Below are positions 26,893 through 34,696 of a stretch of DNA of 64,000 bases, piece by piece (position 1 is the stretch's first letter; every line of letters begins with the position of its first letter). Source of the DNA: an uncultured Alkaliphilus sp. (GTDB taxonomy: Bacteria; Bacillota; Clostridia; Peptostreptococcales; Natronincolaceae). The DNA is taken from positions 13,247 through 77,246 of the forward strand of contig CALJEQ010000012.1 in assembly GCA_938074565.1 (NCBI GenBank), given 5' to 3'. The notes under the pieces are model-generated. The model saw only the letters and a program-made list of their open reading frames with translations. It was not told the DNA's origin and did no database searches. A program made the position numbers and the translations under genes.

Positions 26893-28263
26893 TTATTCTT
26901 TAAGCATCCCTTTTCGGGTCACCCAATTTTCTTTATTTTCCTGTCTACTTCTAGCCACAGCCAAAGCCCCTTCTGGAACTTCTTTTGTAATGGTGGACCC
27001 ACTGGCAATAAAACCATTCTTTTTTACTAAAACAGGCGCAATTAAGTTAGAGTTACTTCCAATAAATGCATAGTCCTCAACAATGGTTTTAAACTTATTT
27101 TTACCATCATAATTAACAAACACAACGCCACACCCAATGTTTACATGTTGTCCTACCTCAGCATCACCAATATAAGCTAAATGGGAAGCTTTTGAATGAT
27201 CCCCTATTTTAGCATTTTTTAATTCTACAAAATCACCAATTTTAACATGCTTACCCACTGATGAATTTGGTCGTAAATAAGCAAAAGGTCCTACTGTTGA
27301 AAAATCATCCACTGAACTTTCTACAAGATTAGAGTTCTGTATTTCAACTCCGTTTCCTATTTGGCAATCTTCTATAACACTATTGGGTCCAATAATACAA
27401 TCTTCACCAATCACTGTTTTTCCCTTTAACATGGTGCCAGGATAAATAATAGTATCTTGTCCTATCTTAACTTTTTTATCGATATAAGTGGCCTTAGGGT
27501 TAATAATTGTAACCCCTTCTTTCATGTGTCTAGAATTTATTCTACTCCGCATGATTTCTTCTACCTCTGCCAATTGTAAACGATCATTAACAGCCATTAT
27601 TTCTTTATAATCTAAAGTTTTGTATAGACCTACCTTTAATCCATCTTCTTTGATGAGGGTAAGGGCATCTGTTAAATAATATTCTTTTTGTGCATTTTCA
27701 TTTTTTATTAAAGGTAATGACTTTTTTAATGCCTTTGAACTAAAACAATAGATTCCTGAGTTTATTTCTTTTACAGCTTTTTCTTCTGTAGTAGCATCTT
27801 TTTCTTCTACAATTTTCTTCAACTGTAAATTTTCGTCTCGAATTATTCTTCCATACCCCTGTGGATTTGTCAAATCTGTTGTTAAAACTGTAGCGCTATA
27901 GTCGCCTTTTGTATGGTAATCCATTAAAGATTTTAATGTCTCTTCTGTTATTAGGGGACCATCTCCGTATAGTACTAAAACTAAGCCATTATCATCAATA
28001 TTGTCATATGCCATCATCATGGCATGCCCTGTTCCCAGTTGTTCGCTTTGTAACACTGTTTTAACATGAGTAGGAAGGCTTTTTTTTACTTCTTCTGCTC
28101 CATGCCCCACTACTACAATACATTCTTCTACATACGAAGCCTCTGCTAATTCAACTACATGTTCTAGAATCGGCTGCCCACAAACTTTATGTAGCACCTT
28201 AGGTAGACGAGATTTCATTCGTTTCCCTTCCCCTGCTGCTAATATGATTGCTTTAAGTTTCAT
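26893..28263 (-). CDS. glmU: Bifunctional UDP-GlcNAc pyrophosphorylase / GlcN-1-P acetyltransferase
   Basis: The motif AIILAAGEGKRMKS and C-terminal left-handed beta-helix hexapeptide repeats are present. Length is 456 aa. Confidence 0.95.
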   Translation of the reverse strand: MKLKAIILAAGEGKRMKSRLPKVLHKVCGQPILEHVVELAEASYVEECIVVVGHGAEEVKKSLPTHVKTVLQSEQLGTGHAMMMAYDNIDDNGLVLVLYGDGPLITEETLKSLMDYHTKGDYSATVLTTDLTNPQGYGRIIRDENLQLKKIVEEKDATTEEKAVKEINSGIYCFSSKALKKSLPLIKNENAQKEYYLTDALTLIKEDGLKVGLYKTLDYKEIMAVNDRLQLAEVEEIMRSRINSRHMKEGVTIINPKATYIDKKVKIGQDTIIYPGTMLKGKTVIGEDCIIGPNSVIEDCQIGNGVEIQNSNLVESSVDDFSTVGPFAYLRPNSSVGKHVKIGDFVELKNAKIGDHSKASHLAYIGDAEVGQHVNIGCGVVFVNYDGKNKFKTIVEDYAFIGSNSNLIAPVLVKKNGFIASGSTITKEVPEGALAVARSRQENKENWVTRKGMLKE

Positions 28264-28402
28264 CTTCTCACCTCTATTTTATATTTTCGACAAAACTTTA
28301 TTACTATAGTTTATTTCATTATAATACTTTTATCCCTTAAATAGTTTATTATATTTTTGCCCATTAGAAAACCCTATTTTTAAATCTATTTTATTAAATA
28401 AT

Positions 28403-28429
28403 AAAAAGAGGACCTTTTCGGCCCCCTCC
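28403..28429 (-). terminator. Probable terminator after spoVG
   Basis: On the minus strand: GAGGGGGCCGAAAAGGTCCTC followed by TTTTTATTATTT. The stem is imperfect. Confidence 0.45.
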
Positions 28430-28435
28430 GTTAGA

Positions 28436-28717
28436 TTATTCCCCTACTGCTTCCTCTAGTTCATCACTCATTTTTTCATACTCACTAAAGATTGCATCTT
28501 GAATCTTAGTTCTTGTTACAGAATTAATTGGGTGAGCGATGTCTCTGAAATCCCCTTCGCCCATTTTTCGACTTGGCATTGCAATAAATAATCCATTTTG
28601 TCCTTCGATGATTTTAATATCATGCACTACAAACTCCTCATCGAATGTTACGGAAACAATGGCCTTCATTTTGCCTTCCGCTGTTACTTTTCTAATTCTA
28701 ACGTCAGTTACTTGCAT
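28436..28717 (-). CDS. spoVG: Septation / RNA-binding protein SpoVG
   Basis: [51 protein letters not shown] is near-canonical SpoVG. Confidence 0.95.
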   Translation of the reverse strand: MQVTDVRIRKVTAEGKMKAIVSVTFDEEFVVHDIKIIEGQNGLFIAMPSRKMGEGDFRDIAHPINSVTRTKIQDAIFSEYEKMSDELEEAVGE

Positions 28718-28771
28718 TGTCCTTCACCACCTTCCATCTGTCTTACTATATAATGCTATTATATTTAAGCA

Positions 28772-28800
28772 ATATTCTCCAAAAATTATGAATTTCCTTC
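28772..28800 (-). promoter_or_regulatory. Sigma-H-type promoter candidate for spoVG
   Basis: The minus strand reads GAAGGAAAT - 11 nt - GGAGAATAT. This fits the published sigma-H consensus RnAGGAwWW - 11/12 nt - RnnGAATww. B. subtilis spoVG is a classic sigma-H target. Confidence 0.45.
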
Positions 28801-28863
28801 TTATTTTTTTAATTTTTCAGAATTTTTTTGTATTTGAATTGATTTTTGTAAATTTAAAATAAA

Positions 28864-29685
28864 TTAACTAATTAATTTAGGATTTGGATAAATATTTATT
28901 ACCTGATCTTTTTCTTTTACTTCTTCTAAAACTAATAAAGATATATAGTCATTTATTAGTTTTACTTCTGGTTCTTTTGTTGCTATTAGAACACCTACAC
29001 CCTCCACGTGGGCATCAAATTCCCTCATCATATCTATTGTTCCTTTGGCAGTTCCTCCAGCCTTCATAAAATCATCAATAATAATAACCCTTGCGCCAGG
29101 CTTTATTGCCCTTCTAGACAAGGACATTCTTTGTAACTTTCCACTAGAACCAGATACATAGTTTATACTTACAGTAGAACCTTCTGTTACTTTATTATCT
29201 CTTCTTAAAATAACCAGTGGTAGATTCATAGCCTTAGCCACCATAAACGCCAATGGAATACCTTTTGTTTCTACAGTAATAATATAGTCTACATTTTTAT
29301 AGTTAAATTGACTGGCGAAAACCTCACCAATTCTATGTATAATATGGGGGGAATAAATAACATCTGTCATATACATAAACCCACCTGGTAGTATACGTTC
29401 ACCTTCACTTAATTTAATTGCTATTTCATTTAATATTTCTTTATTTTGTTCTATTGTGGTCTGTGGAATAAACTTCACACCACCTGCTGCACCTGAAAAA
29501 GTCTCTATTCTCCCTAACTCCATCTTTTCCATTGTTTGCTTAACAACAACAATATCTTCGCTGATTGTGGATTTTGCAGAGTTAAACTTTTCTGTGAAAA
29601 AATTTAGTGTAAATATTTTATTAGGCTGATCACTAAGGATTTTTACCATAGCAGCAATTCTTTCATTTCTCTTTAGTTTTCTCAT
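28864..29685 (-). CDS. purR: Pur operon repressor
   Basis: It has a PurR N-terminal winged helix (RNERIAAMVKILSDQPNKIFTLNFF) and a PRTase fold (VIIIDDFMKAGGT). The start is set at the ATG at 29685, with GGAGGAAGG upstream. The track start at 29703 overlaps that RBS. Confidence 0.9.
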   Translation of the reverse strand: MRKLKRNERIAAMVKILSDQPNKIFTLNFFTEKFNSAKSTISEDIVVVKQTMEKMELGRIETFSGAAGGVKFIPQTTIEQNKEILNEIAIKLSEGERILPGGFMYMTDVIYSPHIIHRIGEVFASQFNYKNVDYIITVETKGIPLAFMVAKAMNLPLVILRRDNKVTEGSTVSINYVSGSSGKLQRMSLSRRAIKPGARVIIIDDFMKAGGTAKGTIDMMREFDAHVEGVGVLIATKEPEVKLINDYISLLVLEEVKEKDQVINIYPNPKLIS

Positions 29686-29821
29686 AGCCTTCCTCCGTAA
29701 CATTATATTGTAAGTTAATATTTATTCATAAGTTTAATTAACAAAATTTATTAAAAAGTTTTTTCTATAATTCATTTTATTCTTTTTTACTGGCAATTTC
29801 AAGAAAAATGCTTATTTTCAT

Positions 29822-29846
29822 AAAAAAAAGCCGCCTTTTCGACGGA
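29822..29846 (-). terminator. Intrinsic terminator after the transglutaminase-like gene
   Basis: On the minus strand: CCGTCGAAAAGGCGG followed by CTTTTTTTT. Confidence 0.55.
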
Positions 29847-29856
29847 TAAATATTTA

Positions 29857-30657
29857 TTAGTATTCCCGATGTGGTTGGTATAATTCTGCATTCTTATATT
29901 TTGTTACATTCTGTTTTTTTTCTTTTAGTTGGGCATCATAGGATGTATCTATCGTTACCCACTGTTCTACACTTTTAATATATACTTGATTCCAAGCATG
30001 ATAATGGGTGATTCCAGGGGCATAGCCTTTGATCATTTTTGTAGGAATGTCTACACTTCTTAACATGGCTGCAAATAAGGAAGCATAATCATAACAGATG
30101 CCTTTTCCATTTTCTACAGTTTCATCAATATTTGGTAGGTATAAATTACTCAAATTATTAATTTTATCGTAGTCGTAACTAATGTTATCAATTATATAGT
30201 TATATATTGCATCTACCTTCTCTTCGTCCGATGCCAATGTCTTAGTTAGTTCTTTTGCTTTTTCAATAGCTTTACTAGAAGCATCCCAACTAATTTCTTG
30301 AATTGAATTAAGAAACACTTCATTTTCACCCTTTAATTCTATCTTTATGGTTTCTTTATATACCTCTCGATATTTATTTCCCTCAATATTCTCTAATATT
30401 TTCACTACATATTCTCCGCTACCCATTTGTAATGGAAATCTTTCCACCTCATTATTATTAATATTGTAGGTATAGCGTGAGCCTTCCTTTTCCACCAACA
30501 GACGAATTCTTGTATCTGTTGAAGCTTCATATTTAACTGCAATAACACCTTGATTTGCAAATTTACTATCTATGTATTTAGTTGCTGAATAGGAGATTGC
30601 AACTGTATTTGTTAGTATAACTAAGGTAAAAATAACAACGCTTATAATTTTTTTCAT
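29857..30657 (-). CDS. Secreted transglutaminase-like (Cys-His-Asp) domain protein
   Basis: GAAGGAGGG lies 7 nt upstream of the ATG. The signal peptide is MKKIISVVIFTLVILTNTVAISYSA. The transglutaminase-core motifs are GKGICYDYASLFAAMLRSVDIP (Cys), HAWNQVY (His) and VTIDTSYD (Asp). Confidence 0.75.
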   Translation of the reverse strand: MKKIISVVIFTLVILTNTVAISYSATKYIDSKFANQGVIAVKYEASTDTRIRLLVEKEGSRYTYNINNNEVERFPLQMGSGEYVVKILENIEGNKYREVYKETIKIELKGENEVFLNSIQEISWDASSKAIEKAKELTKTLASDEEKVDAIYNYIIDNISYDYDKINNLSNLYLPNIDETVENGKGICYDYASLFAAMLRSVDIPTKMIKGYAPGITHYHAWNQVYIKSVEQWVTIDTSYDAQLKEKKQNVTKYKNAELYQPHREY

Positions 30658-30669
30658 AGAAAAAACCCT

Positions 30670-30760
30670 CCTTCGGTAGCTCGGCTGCCATACTTTCGTA
30701 AGGCCCTATGGCTTTGCGTCCCATCGTTTCCAATGGTTTGCCTTTATCGGCGACAGGTTT
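30670..30760 (-). promoter_or_regulatory. c-di-GMP-I (GEMM-I) riboswitch aptamer in the 5' leader of the transglutaminase-like gene
   Basis: The minus strand reads CTGTCGCCGATAAAGGCAAACCATTGGAAACGATGGGACGCAAAGCCATAGGGCCTTACGAAAGTATGGCAGCCGAGCTACCGAAGGAGGG. This contains the invariant GEMM-I core: GGCAAACC, a hairpin with a GAAA tetraloop, then GGGACGCAAAGCC and a P3 hairpin (GCCATA...TATGGC). Compare the V. cholerae Vc2 sequence GGCAAACCAUUCGAAAGAGUGGGACGCAAAGCC. The aptamer ends about 15 nt before the RBS and I saw no terminator. Confidence 0.85.
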
Positions 30761-30847
30761 TTATCACCTTCACTGACTATTGTCTCTATTACTTACTATA
30801 TTTTTTATTCTATCATACATTAATATATTATATAAAACCTTTATATA

Positions 30848-31582
30848 TTACTGAACTTGAATAGCATGAATTATTAGTCGTTCTGTAGCTTTATATAAGG
30901 GGTGACAGGTAACTAATGTTAATATATGATCTTTATTATTATGATCAAGTACCGAAATATCCTCAGGTTCAACAATTATTTTTTTATAAATCTTATAATA
31001 ATAGGTTTTATTATCTGTTTCTATTACTATCTGATCCCCCACTTCCAGTTCATCCAACCTATTGAAAAAGCGTCCATTAGTATGACTTCTATGGCCTGCC
31101 AAAGCTACATTTCCCACTTCTCCTATCGCTGATGTCCCTTTTATTCGAGCAGCTCCTTTTTTAAGATTTTTTTCAGTTGCTCCTTCTAAAATTGGTAATT
31201 TAAGTTTTATTTTATCTATTTTAATAATACCTAATACCCCAGCCTTTTTAAGTTGTATTTCTTTTTCATCATCAGATACATTTTTCTTATTTAATTTACT
31301 GATTTTTGGCAATTTATCTTTGCTATCTTCTATTTCATTCTCTTCTTCAAATTCATCCTCTATTTTTATTCTACCTTCATCCTCTACTTTAAAGAATTGT
31401 TGTAGGCTTTTGTATTCAGTAATTGCAGCTCTATTATCTACTTCAATATAGTTATTTGTTATTTCCTTTTCATACTCCAAAAGAAGTTGCCGTTGCCAAT
31501 ACCATGTGTAGCCACGTTCCAATAAAGGGTATAAGATTATAAGTATTCCCATTATAATCACTACTATTGATAATTTCTTCAT
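30848..31582 (-). CDS. Sortase (membrane-anchored transpeptidase)
   Basis: It has an N-terminal TM helix (LSIVVIIMGILIILYPLL), the catalytic His region NVALAGHRSHTNGRFF, the catalytic Cys motif LTLVTCHP and a downstream Arg (TERLIIHA). GAAGGTGG serves as the RBS. Confidence 0.85.
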   Translation of the reverse strand: MKKLSIVVIIMGILIILYPLLERGYTWYWQRQLLLEYEKEITNNYIEVDNRAAITEYKSLQQFFKVEDEGRIKIEDEFEEENEIEDSKDKLPKISKLNKKNVSDDEKEIQLKKAGVLGIIKIDKIKLKLPILEGATEKNLKKGAARIKGTSAIGEVGNVALAGHRSHTNGRFFNRLDELEVGDQIVIETDNKTYYYKIYKKIIVEPEDISVLDHNNKDHILTLVTCHPLYKATERLIIHAIQVQ

Positions 31583-31605
31583 TTAACCACCTTCTTTATT
31601 AAAAT

Positions 31606-31631
31606 GGGCTAAGGAGAAATCCCCTCAGCCC
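31606..31631 (-). terminator. Stem-loop between adhesin and sortase genes (possible partial terminator or attenuator)
   Basis: On the minus strand: GGGCTGAGG-ggatttct-CCTTAGCCC (9 bp including one G-U pair), followed by ATTTTAATAAA, a weak U-tract. Confidence 0.4.
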
Positions 31632-31641
31632 TTATATAATA

Positions 31642-32802
31642 TTATTTTTTTCTTCTAAGTTTAATTCCTACTGCTGTAATCATTCCACCTAATCCATAGA
31701 AGAAGATGGGTGGTATTTCACCAGTTTTAGGAAGTTTTGTTGGTTCTTGCAATGCTTCTTCTTGTATTGTTATTTCTTCTTCATATTTTACTATATCTAC
31801 TTCTTCACTATCTTCTTCTACTTCTACTGGACCTAGTGGAATATCCTCATCTTCAATTTCTATTTCATCAACAATTTCATCTACTTCTGGTTCTGTTACT
31901 ATTGGATCTTCAACTGTTGTAACTGGCTGAGAATTAACAGGATAATCATCGAAAACTATTCCTGTAGGTGGTTGCTTTGGGGGCTGTGGTGTCTCTGGGT
32001 CAACTGGATCTTCCGGATCTTCTGGATCTTCTGGCTCCTCTGGATCTTCTGGTTCCTCTGGATCTTCTGGATCTTCTGGGTCCTCTGGATCTTCCGGTTC
32101 TATTACGGTAATTTTTTGATTTGTTACTGTTACTACAGCCCCTTGATTATTTCCATCTAGTGTTACTGTACTCGGTTGAATAGATAATAATCGATACCCT
32201 TCCATCGAACCTTCAGTAATTGCATATGCCCCCAATTGTAAATCATTTAAGATTATGGTCTGACTTCCTTTTATAGTAACGTTTTGTGAATAATCTATTC
32301 CTGTAACATTAATAATAAAATCCGTTTCATCATTAACTATTACTTCTTCATTTTCATCTATAAGTATCTTTCTCAGTGTTATACTACCCAAAACTGGCTG
32401 TGGTTTAGGAAGTTTATAATAGAAGGTTACATGACTTATTTGTGGTTGTTGTCCCCCTCTATTGTCAGGTGCCCTTAATCCATTACCCTCTGTAGCTCCT
32501 TCATATCCATATAAATATCCCCTACTACCAGCCTTAACAAATACATAGCTAACCGGAATATTAGAACTCCAATTAACATTTTTTTTGTCATTTGTAAAGT
32601 TAACAGTTACTGTGAAATCTCCATTTTTATAGGTTCCACTATTTGGGGGATCAATCTTATAATTAAGAAAGTCCACAAGGGTTGGGTCATTTCCTTCATA
32701 AAGTTGCGGTGCACCAACTACTGCAAAGGCCATCCAAGCAGTTCCTATAGTTAATAAAATTGTTAAAATTACTGCTGTCATTTTTCTAAAACCCATAAAC
32801 AT
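31642..32802 (-). CDS. LPKTG-anchored cell-wall surface protein with a Cna-B/SpaA-like (pilin-type) domain and an acidic Pro-rich stalk
   Basis: The start is revised to the ATG at 32802 (AGAGGAGAG upstream), because the track's upstream 35 codons overlie a riboswitch terminator. The signal peptide is MFMGFRKMTAVILTILLTIGTAWMAFA. The Cna-B-like domain has an E-box-like motif (GAYAITEGSMEGYRLL). The stalk is (PED/PEE) repeats. The C-terminal sorting signal is LPKTGE, a hydrophobic stretch IPPIFFYGLGGMITAVGI, then KLRRKK. Confidence 0.8.
   Translation of the reverse strand: MFMGFRKMTAVILTILLTIGTAWMAFAVVGAPQLYEGNDPTLVDFLNYKIDPPNSGTYKNGDFTVTVNFTNDKKNVNWSSNIPVSYVFVKAGSRGYLYGYEGATEGNGLRAPDNRGGQQPQISHVTFYYKLPKPQPVLGSITLRKILIDENEEVIVNDETDFIINVTGIDYSQNVTIKGSQTIILNDLQLGAYAITEGSMEGYRLLSIQPSTVTLDGNNQGAVVTVTNQKITVIEPEDPEDPEDPEDPEEPEDPEEPEDPEDPEDPVDPETPQPPKQPPTGIVFDDYPVNSQPVTTVEDPIVTEPEVDEIVDEIEIEDEDIPLGPVEVEEDSEEVDIVKYEEEITIQEEALQEPTKLPKTGEIPPIFFYGLGGMITAVGIKLRRKK
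32004..32098 (-). repeat. 9-bp tandem coding repeat (about 10 copies) encoding PEDPEDPEE...
   Basis: On the plus strand, tggatcttc / tggttcctc / tggctcctc units repeat head to tail, in frame within the adhesin gene. Confidence 0.8.
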
Positions 32803-32856
32803 TTTTCTTCTCTCCTCTCTTAACCTTACTTTCTTAATTCGTCGCATTTTATAGAC

Positions 32857-32965
32857 AAAAAAAGCCACCACAAATATATATGTGGCAGCTGGACGATCAT
32901 CATACACGAAATACCTTAGACTCCTAGCTTTGCGTCCCAGTCTTTCAACTGGTTTGCCTATTATT
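32857..32965 (-). promoter_or_regulatory. c-di-GMP-I (GEMM-I) riboswitch with an intrinsic-terminator expression platform, in the leader of the adhesin-sortase operon
   Basis: The minus strand reads AGGCAAACCAGTTGAAAGACTGGGACGCAAAGCTAGGAGTCTAAGG...GTCCAGCTGCCACATATATATTTGTGGTGGCTTTTTTTG. It has the same invariant core as the 30670-30760 element (GGCAAACC, GAAA-tetraloop hairpin, GGGACGCAAAGC) and a P3 of AGCTAGGA...TCCAGCT. A terminator hairpin GCCACA-tatatatt-TGTGGTGGC with T7 (32857-32889) follows, then an RBS and ATG about 55 nt downstream. Confidence 0.85.
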
Positions 32966-33185
32966 ATATTTCTATATTATTTCTAAAACATCCAATATTA
33001 TTACTACTTTTACTAATTTATCTATTTTAGTTATATTTATTAGTGTAACTCTTGTTTTTTTGTGTTATCATACTTTATAGAATGACATATTATTTATAAG
33101 TGATTATTTTTTTCCCAGAATGTCCATCATAGTAGTATAAAGTAAAAATAAATATATTTTAATTTATGTTAGAGGAGTGAAAAAT

Positions 33186-34583
33186 GTGCTATCTTTTAAA
33201 CTTGACCACCATTTACGTCATATACATTTAATTGGTATCGGTGGAATCAGTATGAGTGCTATTGCAGAAGTTTTACTAAAACATGGGTATCATGTTTCTG
33301 GTTCAGATATAAAAGACTCAAATATCCTTGAAAAATTAAGACAACATGGCGCTGAAATTTTTATTGGTCATCGTACCGAAAACATCAAAGATCCTGATTT
33401 AATTGTCTATACCGCTGCTGTTAAAGAAGACAACTGCGAAAGACAACAGGCTAAAAAGTTAGGCATCCATGAAATTGATCGAGCTGAAATGTTGGGCCTT
33501 ATTATGAAAAAATATAAAAAAGCCATTGCAGTTGCTGGTAGCCACGGTAAAACCACCACCACGTCATTATTGTCATTGGTATTGGAATATGCAAAACTAG
33601 ACCCCACAATTCTTGTGGGAGGAGAATTGGACGAAATAGGCGGGAATATTAAGATTGGTGAAAGTGAGCATTTTATTACGGAAGCTTGTGAATACGTAGA
33701 AAGTTTTTTAAAGTTTAATCCGTATATAGGAATAATACTTAACATTGATGAAGATCACCTTGATTATTATCGAGATATTAATCATATTAAAGACGCCTTT
33801 AGAAGTTTTGCTAAATTGATTCCTAAGGAAGGTTTTCTTATTGCTTCTCAAGATGATGCTAATGTAAGAGAAATATATGAAGGACTGGAATGTCAAATTG
33901 TTACCTACGGAATTAATGAACAATCGGATTTTACTGCAAAAAATATTACTTTTAATGCCAGCGGCTACCCATCTTTTACAGTAGAGTATAAAGGTGATAT
34001 AATTGGTAACTTTCAATTAAGCATACCAGGTATACATAATGTGTATAATTCTTTAGCATCTATTTCTACTGCCTATATTTTAGGAATTTCACCTGAAGAA
34101 ATTACTCAACATATAGGAATTTTCAAAGGAATACATCGTCGTTTTGACCTATTAGGAGAAGTTAAAGGGGCAAAAGTAATAGATGACTATGCCCACCATC
34201 CTGTTGAAATTAAAGCCACATTAGAGGCTGCAAAACAATATCCTCATAAGGAAATATGGTGTGTATTTCAACCCCATACCTATACCCGTACCATTGCATT
34301 ATTAAAAGACTTTGCTTTATCTTTTCATAATGCGGATCATGTTATTATTACAGATATATATGCTGCTAGAGAGAAGGATGAGGGTACTGTTCATAGTAGA
34401 CAACTGGCGGAACTTATAGAAAATCATACTGATGTTTCTTATATAAAGGATTTTGATGAGATTGCCGAGTTTATTTATGATCGTGTTCAACCAATGGACT
34501 TAATTATTACAATGGGTGCTGGGGACGTATATAGAATAGGTGATATATTATTAAACAAAAATAGAAATATTACCTATATTTAA
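33186..34583 (+). CDS. murC: UDP-N-acetylmuramate--L-alanine ligase
   Basis: The motifs [27 protein letters not shown] and DDYAHHP are present. The GTG at 33186 lies 8 nt after GGAG. The GTG at 33177 used in the track overlaps the SD and is less likely. Confidence 0.95.
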   Translation: MLSFKLDHHLRHIHLIGIGGISMSAIAEVLLKHGYHVSGSDIKDSNILEKLRQHGAEIFIGHRTENIKDPDLIVYTAAVKEDNCERQQAKKLGIHEIDRAEMLGLIMKKYKKAIAVAGSHGKTTTTSLLSLVLEYAKLDPTILVGGELDEIGGNIKIGESEHFITEACEYVESFLKFNPYIGIILNIDEDHLDYYRDINHIKDAFRSFAKLIPKEGFLIASQDDANVREIYEGLECQIVTYGINEQSDFTAKNITFNASGYPSFTVEYKGDIIGNFQLSIPGIHNVYNSLASISTAYILGISPEEITQHIGIFKGIHRRFDLLGEVKGAKVIDDYAHHPVEIKATLEAAKQYPHKEIWCVFQPHTYTRTIALLKDFALSFHNADHVIITDIYAAREKDEGTVHSRQLAELIENHTDVSYIKDFDEIAEFIYDRVQPMDLIITMGAGDVYRIGDILLNKNRNITYI

Positions 34584-34656
34584 TTGTTTGTAGGATATAA
34601 CTTGGGGTAATATATAAATACTTACCCCCCCTCTCCCCTACGCTTTTATAGAATAT

Positions 34657-34696
34657 GAAAAGAGCAGAACCCACGAAAGGTTCTGCTCTTTTCTTT
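34657..34696. terminator. Bidirectional terminator between convergent murC and the LCP gene
   Basis: The hairpin is aaaagagcagaacc-cacgaaa-ggttctgctcttttc. Confidence 0.75.

Noticed and set aside
32004-32098. Regular 9-bp repeats, considered as a CRISPR-like or regulatory array
   Set aside because: The period is far too short and there are no spacers. The repeats are in frame inside a CDS and encode a PED stalk.
31706-32160. Three short plus-strand ORFs (Ser/Leu/Trp-rich)
   Set aside because: They are antisense to the acidic and PED-repeat part of the adhesin gene, so they are repeat-driven artefacts.
32803-32907. The first 35 codons of the 421-aa ORF (MYDDRPAATYIFVVAFFVYKMRRIKKVRLREERRK)
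   Set aside because: This stretch coincides with the GEMM-I aptamer 3' half and its intrinsic terminator. A proper SD, ATG and signal peptide follow at 32802.
33407-34016. Two minus-strand ORFs (112 and 102 aa) inside murC
   Set aside because: They are antisense to a highly conserved essential gene and have no RBS.
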